DNA from: Planctomycetota bacterium
Lineage (GTDB): Bacteria > Planctomycetota > B15-G4
Assembly (NCBI GenBank): GCA_965248575.1
Contig: CBDFJQ010000002.1
Location: forward strand, 4,896,001 to 4,960,000
Reading direction: 5' to 3'
Length of the DNA: 64,000 nt
The notes beneath the pieces were generated by a model, which was not told the DNA's origin, searched no databases, and saw only the letters and a program-made list of their open reading frames with translations. The position numbers and the translations under genes are program-made. Of the stretch, positions 16,035-25,637 are shown one piece after another; the first letter of the stretch is position 1; every line of letters begins with the position of its first letter.

Positions 16035-18980
16035 TCAGTCCACTTCCACAACGCTGAGTGAGCGGTTGCCAAGAGTGATGGTCTTGCCGGAGACGGTCCG
16101 CCAGCGGGCTTCGACCACATCCGAGGCGCCAACCGACGTGACGTAGGCGTGGGTGGCTGCTGAGCCGAACCCGCTTTCAGGCAATGCGACGATCTGCTCG
16201 CTGCCTGTCACCTGGCTGCCGGCGACATAGAGGCTGACAATGACGTGGTCGTCGTTGCCCGCTCCCGTGTCTGCGTCGAAACGCGCGGTGAGATAGATCA
16301 CGTAGTTGCCAGCGCCCGGCGTCAGGCTCGTGCTCGTCATGGCCACATCGGTGGTCGAACTCGTCGTCGCGGTCGCCGTGACGGTCACGATGCTTGCCGA
16401 GGGTAGGGGACCAGCAGGTCCGGTTGCGCCGGTAGGGCCTGTCGGTCCCGTGGCACCATTGAGACCCGCTGCACCATCCGCACCAGCGGCACCCGTGGGG
16501 CCAGCAGCACCCGTGGGGCCAGCCGGGCCGGTCGCTCCGTCGGCGCCGTTCAGACCAGCGGCGCCATCAGCACCAGCGGCACCCGTGGGGCCGGCAGGAC
16601 CAATCGCACCGTCGGCACCATTGAGACCCGCCGCACCATCCGCACCAGCGGCACCCGTGGGGCCAGCAGCACCCGTGGGGCCGGATGCACCGTCGGCACC
16701 ATTGAGACCAGCGGCGCCATCAGCACCAGCGGAACCCGTAGGGCCGGCGGGGCCAGTCGCTCCGTCGGCGCCGTTCAGACCAGCGGCGCCATCAGCACCA
16801 GCGGCACCCGTGGGGCCGGCAGGACCAATCGCACCGTCGGCACCATTGAGACCCGCCGCACCATCCGCACCAGCGGCACCCGTGGGGCCAGCAGCACCCG
16901 TGGGGCCGGATGCACCGTCGGCACCATTGAGACCAGCGGCGCCATCAGCACCAGCGGAACCCGTAGGGCCGGCGGGGCCAGTCGCTCCGTCGGCGCCGTT
17001 CAGACCAGCGGCGCCATCAGCACCAGCGGCACCCGTGGGGCCGGCCGGACCGGTTGCACCGTCGGCACCATTGAGACCCGCTGCACCATCCGCACCAGCG
17101 GAACCCGTAGGGCCGGCGGGGCCAGTCGCTCCGTCGGCGCCGTTCAGACCAGCGGCGCCATCAGCACCAGCGGCACCCGTGGGGCCGGCCGGACCGGTTG
17201 CACCGTCGGCGCCGTTCAGACCAGCGGCGCCATCGGCACCAGCGGCACCAGCGGCACCCGTGGGGCCGGCCGGGCCGGTTGCACCGTCGGCACCATTGAG
17301 ACCCGCTGCACCATCCGCACCTGCGGTGCCCGTGGGGCCAGCAGGACCAATCGCACCGTCGGCACCATTGAGACCAGCGGCGCCATCAGCACCTGCGGAA
17401 CCCGTGGGGCCGGCAGGACCGATCGCTCCGTCGGCGCCGTTCAGGCCAGCGGCGCCATCGGCACCATCGGCACCCGTGGGGCCGGCCGGACCGGTTGCAC
17501 CGTCGGCACCATTGAGACCCGCTGCACCATCCGCACCAGCGGCACCCGTGGGGCCAGCAGGACCAATCGCACCGTCGGCACCATTGAGACCAGCGGCGCC
17601 ATCAGCACCTGCGGAACCCGTGGGGCCGGCAGGACCGATCGATCCGTCGGCGCCGTTCAGGCCAGCGGCGCCATCGGCACCATCGGCACCAGCGGCACCC
17701 GTGGGGCCGGCCGGACCGGTTGCACCGTCGGCACCATTGAGACCCGCTGCACCATCGGCACCAGCGGCACCCGTGGGGCCAGCAGGACCAATCGCACCGT
17801 CGGCACCATTGAGACCAGCGGCGCCATCAGCACCAGCGGCACCCGTGGGGCCGGCAGGGCCGGCTGCACCGTCGGCACCATTGAGACCAGCGGCACCATC
17901 AGCGCCGGCAGGACCCGTGGGACCGACCGCGCCGTCGGCACCGTTCGGGCCAGCGGCGCCATCAGCACCGGCGAGACCCGTAGGACCCGTGGGGCCTGCA
18001 GCTCCGTCGAGGCCATCGGCTCCAGCGAGACCTGTCGGACCTGTCGGCCCTGTCGGCCCGGCGGGGCCCGCGGGACCAGCGATGGACGCTGTGGACTGGA
18101 ACGATCCATCGGAGAATTGGACGAAATTCGTCTTCACCAGCGGGGCTTCCGTCACCCCGTTCACGGTCAGGGGGCCATTGACGGTGAGGCGACCCGTGCC
18201 CAGGACGACATCACCTCCAAGGGTGGAGATGTCGGAGCCCGTGAGCGACCCGTCCGCGATGTCGGCACTGTCCACCTCACCGGCGTTGTCGTTCACGTAG
18301 CGGTCGTCGAAATCGATGGTGACGTTGAGCAACCCGTTCAGGATGTCGCCACCGTTGGCGAGGCTTCCTGTGCCGGATGTCTGCGCATCGGAGGGGTCTG
18401 CGCCATCCCAGCTCATGCCGCCGCCGGGGGAGCCTCCGTCGCTTCCCAGGCCGGAGCTTGTCGTTGGGGTGTCATCCGGCGTAGCAGAGTCTCGTTCGAA
18501 CAGTCCGCCGCCGCGAGACCAGAACACGATGTCCGTGTTGACGTTGTGAAGCAGGAGCTCTTTGGCGCCCGTGGCGTTGAGATCCAGGCGCTCAGCGGAG
18601 AGTCCCTTCCCAGTGTCACCCAACCCAAGGGCTTCCGTGGCGTCGGCGAAGCCGCCCATGCCATCACCGATCAAGGCCACATTGGCCGTCGCCGACACCA
18701 GATAGAGGTCGGCCAGCCCGTCTTCGTTGAGATCCGTGACCAGCACGTCTGCAACGAGAACCTTGGGGAGCTCCTGCAGGACCGCCTCAAAGAGCTCGTA
18801 CCCGTGGTTCACCGACACGGTCAGCGAACCATCCGAGGCCATGGAGAACTTGTCCGCCAGACCGTCGCCGGTCACGTCGAAATATCGTGCCGAAGGCGCG
18901 GATGCGACGTCGGGGTTCTGGGCTGCGATTCCCGGCGCAGCCAGGAGAATGACACAGAAACTCACTACGGACGCACGCAC
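16035..18980 (-). CDS. Secreted collagen-like fibre protein: FG-GAP-type N domain, 186 GXY triplets, beta-rich C-terminal domain
   Basis: GTG 18980 preceded by GGAGG; signal peptide; DVTGDGLAD and DLNEDGLADL motifs; Gly at every third residue from 18077 to 16404. Confidence 0.9.
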   Translation of the reverse strand: MRASVVSFCVILLAAPGIAAQNPDVASAPSARYFDVTGDGLADKFSMASDGSLTVSVNHGYELFEAVLQELPKVLVADVLVTDLNEDGLADLYLVSATANVALIGDGMGGFADATEALGLGDTGKGLSAERLDLNATGAKELLLHNVNTDIVFWSRGGGLFERDSATPDDTPTTSSGLGSDGGSPGGGMSWDGADPSDAQTSGTGSLANGGDILNGLLNVTIDFDDRYVNDNAGEVDSADIADGSLTGSDISTLGGDVVLGTGRLTVNGPLTVNGVTEAPLVKTNFVQFSDGSFQSTASIAGPAGPAGPTGPTGPTGLAGADGLDGAAGPTGPTGLAGADGAAGPNGADGAVGPTGPAGADGAAGLNGADGAAGPAGPTGAAGADGAAGLNGADGAIGPAGPTGAAGADGAAGLNGADGATGPAGPTGAAGADGADGAAGLNGADGSIGPAGPTGSAGADGAAGLNGADGAIGPAGPTGAAGADGAAGLNGADGATGPAGPTGADGADGAAGLNGADGAIGPAGPTGSAGADGAAGLNGADGAIGPAGPTGTAGADGAAGLNGADGATGPAGPTGAAGAAGADGAAGLNGADGATGPAGPTGAAGADGAAGLNGADGATGPAGPTGSAGADGAAGLNGADGATGPAGPTGAAGADGAAGLNGADGATGPAGPTGSAGADGAAGLNGADGASGPTGAAGPTGAAGADGAAGLNGADGAIGPAGPTGAAGADGAAGLNGADGATGPAGPTGSAGADGAAGLNGADGASGPTGAAGPTGAAGADGAAGLNGADGAIGPAGPTGAAGADGAAGLNGADGATGPAGPTGAAGPTGAAGADGAAGLNGATGPTGPTGATGPAGPLPSASIVTVTATATTSSTTDVAMTSTSLTPGAGNYVIYLTARFDADTGAGNDDHVIVSLYVAGSQVTGSEQIVALPESGFGSAATHAYVTSVGASDVVEARWRTVSGKTITLGNRSLSVVEVD
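16404..18077 (-). repeat. Collagen GXY tandem repeat, about 20 copies of a 72-nt/24-aa unit (GAA GAD GAA GLN GAD GA[T/I] GPA GPT)
   Basis: 1674 nt = 558 aa = 186 triplets, read directly from the translation. Confidence 0.95.
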
Positions 18981-19027
18981 AGACAATCCTCCAAGCCCGG
19001 AACTCCTGCCCACTTACGCCCGAGGGA

Positions 19028-19056
19028 ACATTAATGCACGATTGCCCATATGTCCA
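19028..19056 (-). promoter_or_regulatory. Candidate sigma70 promoter for the collagen-like gene
   Basis: TGGACA-N17-TAATGT on the minus strand, in a locally AT-rich patch about 50 nt upstream of the GTG. Confidence 0.5.
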
Positions 19057-19155
19057 CATTGAGGGCCTTTCTTCGCTCGAAACTGAGCTGGCGGCTTCTG
19101 GGGCGGTTGCGGCGAATGAGCGTAGAGAGAGGCGCCAGAACTCGGCGCGCTCGGC

Positions 19156-19869
19156 TCAGCAACGTCGGGCCATGACCATGGCGGTGCCGTTGGCGGCGAC
19201 CCCAGTGCGCTGTGCTTCTTCCAACCATGCGCGGGCCTCGAGTTGCGCTTGATGGTCCGGGGGAAGGTCTTGCACGGCGTCCGCGACGTCCGCAGCCACC
19301 TCGTCCACGGGCACGTACAGCGGACGGCTCAGGGACTCGATGGAGATCTCGAAACATCCCGACTGCTTCAACCAGTCGGCGAGCTGTTGTGCGGGAATGT
19401 CCGGGGCGTGCACTCGGCCTCGACGTCGGTGGTGGCTCTTGCACCAGTCGTCGAGGGCATGAGCCGTCGCGTGTGCCGGATCGTCCTGCGGATGCCAAGG
19501 CTCTGCGACGAGGACGCCTTTGCGGGCAACGCGCACCAGCTCTCGCAGCCCCTGCCGTGGGTCGGCGAGGTGGTGGGGGACGTGGCGCATGACGGCCCAG
19601 TCGAAGGCTCTGTCAAGGATAGGCAGCCATTCGGCGCGGCCCCGTAGAACGGCGGGCTGATGGCTGCCCGGAGGTCGTGCGCCCGCGAGCAGGGCGCTGG
19701 GCTCCAGGCCCACGGCCCAGACTCCGGCCGCGTGACACGCCTGGAGCAGCTCGCCCTTTCCGCAACCGACATCGAGCAAGCTGTCAGGGGAAGCAGCCAA
19801 CAGTCGGTCGGTGAAGGCGTTCCTGAGGAACGCGGCGTTCTTTCCGTGGGCAATGGTCGGGTGAGGCAT
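19156..19869 (-). CDS. Class I SAM-dependent methyltransferase
   Basis: LLDVGCGKG, AEWLPILDRAFD and HHLADPRQGLRELVRV motifs. Start set at ATG 19869; the ORF-track extension overlaps the MFS gene. Confidence 0.85.
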   Translation of the reverse strand: MPHPTIAHGKNAAFLRNAFTDRLLAASPDSLLDVGCGKGELLQACHAAGVWAVGLEPSALLAGARPPGSHQPAVLRGRAEWLPILDRAFDWAVMRHVPHHLADPRQGLRELVRVARKGVLVAEPWHPQDDPAHATAHALDDWCKSHHRRRGRVHAPDIPAQQLADWLKQSGCFEISIESLSRPLYVPVDEVAADVADAVQDLPPDHQAQLEARAWLEEAQRTGVAANGTAMVMARRC

Positions 19870-19959
19870 TGTTCGAGATCCTAGCGACTGGCTCGCGCGC
19901 ACCCTGCGTGAAGCCTCTTTGGTGCTCGCCGCCCGACCTGTCGTAAGATCCGCGGGACC

Positions 19960-21243
19960 ATGATCCTCCGGTTCTGCCTCTACTCGATCCTCAAGAACCT
20001 GCGCTTCGCCGATCCTTTCCTGGTGCTCTACCTCGTGCACCGGGAGTTGAGCCTGGCCGAAGTGGGCCTGCTGATGGGGCTGTCGAAGTTGGTGTCGGCA
20101 ACGCTGGAGTTGCCGCTGGGTGTCGTGGCCGACGGCTTCGGACGCCGTCGCTCCTTGGCCGCGTGTTTCGCCTGCTATTCCGCTGCATTCGTGCTCTACC
20201 CACTGAGTGCGCAGCAGGTCGGGGGAGGGGGCATGAGCCTGCTCTCTGCGGCGGCCGTCTTGTATGGACTGGGAGAGGCTCTGCGCAGCGGGAGCCACAA
20301 GGCCATCATCCTGGATTGGCTCGACACGCGGGGCGAATCAGCCCGGGCCACGGAGGTGATTGGCCTGGCGCGCTCGTTCTCCAAGTTCAGCCGTGGCGGA
20401 TCTGCTTTGGTCGGCGGTTTGATCCTGGTCTGGTTTCAGTCCTGGAGCCTGTTGTTCTGGATGTCGGCAGCGACAGCGCTCGGCGGCTTCGTGCTCATGC
20501 TCAGCTATCCACGTGATCTTGAGGGTGAGCAGACGCGCGACCGACGTGGCGGTTCCAGCGGGCGTGTTCCGTGGCGGCAACGCTTGCGCGACCTGGCGGG
20601 CGCGCCAGGCACGGCACGGCTCGTGGCCCAGTCGGTGCTCTTCGACGGGCAGCTGATGCTGTTGTTCAAGGTGCACGTGCAGGTGTTCCTGGCCGCGGGC
20701 CTGGCGGGGCTCGGCGTCCCGGTGCAACTGGCGAGCGGCGCCTTGGCGGGAGGCAGCGGCCCGGCTTGGATGGGTGCGAGTGAGTGCCTGCGCGACTCCC
20801 TGGGCGGGATCGCTGCACGCTTAAGCGGCCCTCTCGAGCGGCGCATGGGCGGTGCTCACCAGGCCTTGGATCGTGTGTTCTTGTTAGCCGTGCTCGGGTG
20901 CCTGGTGCTGGCTGTGTCCGCCTACTTCTCCGAGAGCCTGTTCCTGGTCGGCCTCGCGGTGCTCTTTGCCCTGACCATCTTGTTCGACGCTCGGAAGCCC
21001 ATCTTCGTCAGCGCCTTGAACCGCCGCATGGACAAGGCGCAAAGGGCCACGACCCTCTCCCTGCATAGCCAGTTCGTGTCCATGGGCGGCGCGCTGCTGC
21101 TGCCGCTTACGGGTTGGGTCGCGGACACCTGGGGGCTCGCCGCCGTCTTCGCGAGCCTCGCACTCTTGATGCTGCCCGGCTTGTTGTTGCGGGTGGCCGC
21201 GCTGGACGATGGGCCGACCGGCGACGCCGCCCCCGATTCCTGA
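19960..21243 (+). CDS. MFS transporter
   Basis: About 12 hydrophobic helices; GVVADGFGRRRSL motif A; QRATTLS. Confidence 0.9.
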   Translation: MILRFCLYSILKNLRFADPFLVLYLVHRELSLAEVGLLMGLSKLVSATLELPLGVVADGFGRRRSLAACFACYSAAFVLYPLSAQQVGGGGMSLLSAAAVLYGLGEALRSGSHKAIILDWLDTRGESARATEVIGLARSFSKFSRGGSALVGGLILVWFQSWSLLFWMSAATALGGFVLMLSYPRDLEGEQTRDRRGGSSGRVPWRQRLRDLAGAPGTARLVAQSVLFDGQLMLLFKVHVQVFLAAGLAGLGVPVQLASGALAGGSGPAWMGASECLRDSLGGIAARLSGPLERRMGGAHQALDRVFLLAVLGCLVLAVSAYFSESLFLVGLAVLFALTILFDARKPIFVSALNRRMDKAQRATTLSLHSQFVSMGGALLLPLTGWVADTWGLAAVFASLALLMLPGLLLRVAALDDGPTGDAAPDS

Positions 21244-21341
21244 GGACTCCTTCATGAGCACTGTTGCCCATGCCGATCGGCGCGCGGGCGTCGTAGACTG
21301 AGGGGGCTACGCTGCTGTCACTCCAACCTGTCGAGCTGCTC

Positions 21342-21641
21342 ATGCCCTCTTGGCTGCGTCGTTTTCTCGAGAGCTTGCCCGAGACCGACATCCGGCCGTC
21401 CCGCGTGGGAGACTCCGAGAGCTTGGCGGGGTTCCGGGCCGGAAAGGAGTACGTGCACCTGCATGCCGCCCAGATCCTCGACCTCCGTCTGCCTCGTCGC
21501 TTCCAGAAGGACCTGGCACAGGACTCCCGGGCGACCTTCCGCCCGCATCGCTCTGACTGGATGGAGTACCACGTGACGAACCCTGGGGCCCGCGCACGGG
21601 CCAAGGAGCTGATCCGCCTCGCCCATGAGCACCGGCTCTGA
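21342..21641 (+). CDS. Small hypothetical protein (DUF5519/luciferase-like family, tentative)
   Basis: SRVG..AGFRAGKEYVHLH...DLRL and DWMEY...ELIRLAH pattern; abuts the next gene. Confidence 0.55.
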   Translation: MPSWLRRFLESLPETDIRPSRVGDSESLAGFRAGKEYVHLHAAQILDLRLPRRFQKDLAQDSRATFRPHRSDWMEYHVTNPGARARAKELIRLAHEHRL

Positions 21642-22127
21642 ATGGGCCGCCTGCTCCCCAATGCCATCATCATCAGTTTCCTGCTCTTGCAGATCGCAGC
21701 GGGTCTCAAGCTCACCTGTCCGCCCAAGAGCCTGCCCGCCCTGGAACCCCTGCGCATCGCGTGCGCGCCGGAGCTGTGGCCGTTCCTCGAATACAACATG
21801 TACAACGGCGCGCGGCAGCCCGGGGAGATGCATCACGCCTACGAACTGTTCATGGAGTTCGTGGACGGCAGCGAGGCCTTGCTGACCCATGAGCAGGCGC
21901 AGATCTCCTACTACGACCTGCGCGGCCGGGCCATCAAGGGGCTCATCGACGGGCACCTGGTGCGCACGACGGGCATGTTGGGAGAGTTCTTGGAGCAGAG
22001 GCCGGAGATCGTGGCCCTGAGGCTGGAGGCGGATCGGTACCGCATCGAAGACGATGGCACCCTGAGCCAGTTGCCGCGGATCACGGTGACGCGGCACCCG
22101 GTGTCCGGCGGGAAGGTGCGGCCATGA
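21642..22127 (+). CDS. Hypothetical membrane-anchored protein, partner of the HTTM protein
   Basis: N-terminal TM, then WPFLEYNMY; ATGA overlap with the HTTM gene. Confidence 0.65.
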   Translation: MGRLLPNAIIISFLLLQIAAGLKLTCPPKSLPALEPLRIACAPELWPFLEYNMYNGARQPGEMHHAYELFMEFVDGSEALLTHEQAQISYYDLRGRAIKGLIDGHLVRTTGMLGEFLEQRPEIVALRLEADRYRIEDDGTLSQLPRITVTRHPVSGGKVRP

Positions 22128-23104
22128 GTGCAGCGACACCACGGGAAGGGTCGTCGGCGCGAGGGCCAGCTGCCTGGGCGCGCCTGTGGAACCGCTACTG
22201 GTTCCGGCCGGAGCCCGCGCTGAACCTCGCCATCACGCGCCTGCTGGTGGTGGCCCTGCATCAACTCGTGCTCATCGCGCCCTACAGCTTGATGACGGTG
22301 CCGCTCTATCCGGAGTTCGACCTGAGCTTGCGTCTTCCGGCGGAGCACTACCAGCCCGTGGCGCTCTTCCGCTTGCTGACCTTTCCCATGGGGCCAGGAT
22401 ATCGCCCGGCCTTGGAGCATCTGGAGTTCGCGCGCTGGGCGACCCTGGCGGTGGGCTTCACGGCCTTGCTCGGTTTGTGGACGCGCATCAGCCTGGCGCT
22501 CTACACGCTCGGCTTCTGCTTCATGATCAGCCACCGCTATTCCTACGGGGACTATCACCACCTGGAGACGATCCCGGTGCTGACCCTGGCGGTGCTGGCG
22601 TGCGTGCCCTGCGGCGCTGCGCTCTCGATGGATGCGCTCCGACGACGGCGCACACAACGATTGGCTTCGCTGCTCGAACGCACCGAGGCCGATGCGGGCT
22701 GGGCCGGTCGCTTGATCCTCTGGCTGCTGTCGCTCGTGTACCTCTCCGCAGGCCTGAGCAAGATTGGCGGCGGGGGCTGGGAGTGGATGAACGGTTTCAC
22801 GGTCCAGACGTCGGTGCTTCAGGCCGGTTGCTTCTGGGGCAATGAAGCGGGCATGGCCCTGGCGGAGCAGCACGGGCTGAGCCACGCCTTGACCTGGTTC
22901 ACGGTGGGCTTCGAGACCTTCTTCTTCCTCGTGCTGTTCCGACCGCGCTGGGCGCCGGCCTTCGCGCTGGTGGCGGCAAGCTTCCACGGCGGAAGCATGT
23001 ACACCATGAGCGTGCCCTTCGGCCTCTACCTGCCGTGCTTCGCGATCCTGATGCCGTGGACCGCTTGGATCCGTCGCTGGCGAGCTTTGCCGCCCCTCCC
23101 GTGA
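22124..23104 (+). CDS. HTTM-domain membrane protein (SdpB / vitamin K-dependent carboxylase-like TM domain)
   Basis: WNRYWF.P, LLGLWTR, VYLSAGLSK..GWEWMNG, TVGFETFF and FHGG motifs. Confidence 0.8.
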   Translation: MSAATPREGSSARGPAAWARLWNRYWFRPEPALNLAITRLLVVALHQLVLIAPYSLMTVPLYPEFDLSLRLPAEHYQPVALFRLLTFPMGPGYRPALEHLEFARWATLAVGFTALLGLWTRISLALYTLGFCFMISHRYSYGDYHHLETIPVLTLAVLACVPCGAALSMDALRRRRTQRLASLLERTEADAGWAGRLILWLLSLVYLSAGLSKIGGGGWEWMNGFTVQTSVLQAGCFWGNEAGMALAEQHGLSHALTWFTVGFETFFFLVLFRPRWAPAFALVAASFHGGSMYTMSVPFGLYLPCFAILMPWTAWIRRWRALPPLP

Positions 23105-23297
23105 GGGCTGTTGGCTAGACCCGTGATCGATGGAGCTACCTCGGACGGCGCGACCTTCGGCGGAGGCTTCACGGTCTAAGGCAAAACCGTGCCGGTGAAA
23201 AAGCTGCCCTTCGACTTCGGGCCCTGAGCGAATCCCGAGGGTCCCGGTTCTCCAAGTAGGATGCTGGTCGAGCGATGTCTCCTCTGCGAGTGCGACC

Positions 23298-23711
23298 ATG
23301 AGAGCGATCTTCCATCTCTCCCTGCCGGTGGAGGACCTGGAGCAGGCCAGCGCCTTCTATGTCGGGACCCTCGGTGCCCGGATCGGTCGGCGCAAGGACT
23401 CGTGGTTGGACGTCCTCCTGTGGGGCCATCAGATCACGTTGCAAGAGCGGCCACAGGATGTGCTCCCACCGGAGCGACAGGGCAAGCGCCACTTCGGGGT
23501 CGTGTTGTCGTGGGATGACTGGGAAACGCTCGCCCAGCGTCTCGAGGCGCAGGGCTGCGCGTTCTACAGGGCGCCCCAGGTGCTGCACGCAGGCAGCCCC
23601 GATGAGCAAGCGAAGCTGTACCTCTCCGACCCAAGCCACAACGTCATCGAGGTGAAGGCCTATCGCGATGTTCGCGGTGTGTTGGGCCTCGACGAGATCG
23701 GGAAAGCGTGA
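23298..23711 (+). CDS. VOC/glyoxalase family protein
   Basis: FHLSLPVEDL, LWGHQI, RHFGVVL and DPSHNVIEVK. Confidence 0.9.
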   Translation: MRAIFHLSLPVEDLEQASAFYVGTLGARIGRRKDSWLDVLLWGHQITLQERPQDVLPPERQGKRHFGVVLSWDDWETLAQRLEAQGCAFYRAPQVLHAGSPDEQAKLYLSDPSHNVIEVKAYRDVRGVLGLDEIGKA

Positions 23712-23748
23712 AGGGCGGATGTTTGGGTCGGCCGGCTACAGTGTCTCC

Positions 23749-25020
23749 ATGACTCACCCAAGCCTGACTGAACACGCTGTCGACATGAAGGCGCTGCGCG
23801 CCCACTTCCCTGCCTTGGAAGGCGGGTCCACCCTGCTCGAGAACGCGGGCGGCTCTCAGGTGCCCTCCGGCGTGGCGGACGCCATGCGCCACTACATGCT
23901 CAACAGCTATGTGCAGCTGGAGGCGGGCTATCCGGAATCGGAGGCGGCTGACGCCGTCGTGCACGGGGCTCATGACTTCCAGAACCTGCTCATGAACGGC
24001 CAGGGGTTGGGGCAAGTGATCCTGGGTTCGTCCAGCAGCCAACTCATGGCCATGCTTGCCCAGTGCTACGGCGAGCTGCTCCAAGCCGGAGACGAGGTGG
24101 TCATCGCCGAGACGGGGCACGAGGCCAACATCGGTCCTTGGGTACGCCTCGCGGAGCGCGGCGGTTTTCGATTGCGCACGTGGAAAGTGGACGTGTCCCA
24201 GGAGGACTGTCTACTCGAGGGCTTGGAGCAGGTGCTCAACGAGCGCACGCGCCTGGTGGCTGTGGTGCACGTGTCGAACTTGCTGGGCAGGGTTCTCGAC
24301 GTGCAGGCCGTGTCCGAGCGGGTGCATGCCGCCAACCCCGAAGCCCGGGTGATCGTGGACGGCGTGGCCTTCGCCCCGCACCGGGCCATCGACGTGGCGG
24401 CGTGGGACGTCGACTACTACGTCTACTCCACCTACAAGGTCTACGGCCCGCACATGGCCGCTCTCTGGGGCAAGCAGGACGCCCTGGCGGAGATCACGGG
24501 CCCCAACCACTTCTTCGTGCCCAAGCACGACGTGCCCTACAAGTTCGAGTTGGGGGGGGTGTGCCACGAGGCTTGCGCCGGCCTGCTCGCCTTGCGGGAG
24601 TACCTTTGCTTCCTGTCAGGACAGCAGCGTGACGAATCAGGGTCGACGCCTGGCGACTGCACCCGCACGGTCATCGAGGAAGCCTTCGCGCTGATGGAGG
24701 CCTTGGAGCGCCCTCTGACTGAGCGACTGCTCGCGTACCTGTCATCCAAGCCGGGGGTGCGCGTCATCGGGACAGGGGTGGCCGGCCCGGAGCGTGTGGG
24801 GACCGTGAGCTTCATCCACGAATCCAAGAGTTCGGCCGAGATCGTGGCCGCCGCCCATGCCCATGGGGTGGCGATCCGCAACGGGCACATGTACGCGCAC
24901 CGCCTGTGCACGGCGCTCGGCCTGGATCTCGACGACGGCGTCGTGAGGGTGAGCCTGCTGCACTACAACACCGCAGAAGAGATTGAGCGCTGCGTCGTGG
25001 CCTTGGAGTCGGTGCTCTAA
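23749..25020 (+). CDS. Class V aminotransferase, cysteine-desulfurase-like family lacking the catalytic Cys
   Basis: ENAGGSQVP, HEANIGPW, VDGVAFAPH and STYKVYGPH (PLP Lys); GHMYA where SufS has GHHCA. Confidence 0.9.
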   Translation: MTHPSLTEHAVDMKALRAHFPALEGGSTLLENAGGSQVPSGVADAMRHYMLNSYVQLEAGYPESEAADAVVHGAHDFQNLLMNGQGLGQVILGSSSSQLMAMLAQCYGELLQAGDEVVIAETGHEANIGPWVRLAERGGFRLRTWKVDVSQEDCLLEGLEQVLNERTRLVAVVHVSNLLGRVLDVQAVSERVHAANPEARVIVDGVAFAPHRAIDVAAWDVDYYVYSTYKVYGPHMAALWGKQDALAEITGPNHFFVPKHDVPYKFELGGVCHEACAGLLALREYLCFLSGQQRDESGSTPGDCTRTVIEEAFALMEALERPLTERLLAYLSSKPGVRVIGTGVAGPERVGTVSFIHESKSSAEIVAAAHAHGVAIRNGHMYAHRLCTALGLDLDDGVVRVSLLHYNTAEEIERCVVALESVL

Positions 25021-25093
25021 CTCTGGACTCCCAAGCAACCATCGCTCCGCCCAGCCTCTCTTGTGGCGCTCCAGCGCCCTAGAGCTCGGACAC

Positions 25094-25462
25094 ATGAACG
25101 GACACCTGAAAGCCTGCCCCGACAGCCCCAACTGCGTGAGCAGCGTGGACCCGAACCCTGAGCGCCGGGTGGACGCCCTGCCCTTGCCGCGGAGCCCGGG
25201 CGGTGAGCTGGTCCCCGACCCCATCGCCCGGCTTGGCGAGATTCTCTCGCTGCAATCCCGAGTGCGGGTCATGGAGGTTCGCGAAGACTACCTGCACGCC
25301 GTGTTCATCAGTCGTCTTCTGCGCTTCCGGGACGATGTGGAGTTCCTGCTGGATCGCGAGGCGGGGCTGCTCCAGGTGCGCTCGGCCTCGCGAGTGGGTT
25401 ACTCCGACCTGGGCGCCAACCGTGCCCGAGTGGAACGGCTACGTGGCCTGCTCGCCCCCTGA
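25094..25462 (+). CDS. DUF1499 domain protein
   Basis: CPDSPNCVSS, FRDDVEF and RSASRVGYSDLGANRARVE signatures. Confidence 0.9.
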   Translation: MNGHLKACPDSPNCVSSVDPNPERRVDALPLPRSPGGELVPDPIARLGEILSLQSRVRVMEVREDYLHAVFISRLLRFRDDVEFLLDREAGLLQVRSASRVGYSDLGANRARVERLRGLLAP

Positions 25463-25637
25463 GGCTCAAGCGGTCACGGCACCGAGCCCGGATTCGAAGC
25501 GTGGGGGCCTGAGCCCCGTAGCGCTGCCGACGGGGCGTACCCACAGCAGGACTTTCTGTCGAGCCTCTGTCACTTGCCTCGGGTCCTAGCGCTAGAGTCA
25601 TCCGTAAGGCCGTGATCCCTGTCGTCGGAGAGAACCC

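Noticed and set aside
16404..18077. CRISPR array
   Set aside because: Repeats are contiguous in-frame coding units without unique spacers, and there are no cas genes.
16306..18300. 664-aa Pro/Ala-rich ORF on the + strand
   Set aside because: Antisense shadow of the collagen repeat; the minus strand has the RBS, signal peptide and terminal domains.
19870..20298. N-terminal extension of the methyltransferase ORF
   Set aside because: Overlaps the divergent MFS gene; ATG 19869 gives a normal-length enzyme.
23116..23210. Long imperfect hairpin plus GGCAAAACC upstream of the VOC gene as a riboswitch
   Set aside because: A 10-bp bulged stem with a weak interior is unremarkable at this GC content, and no family consensus is met.
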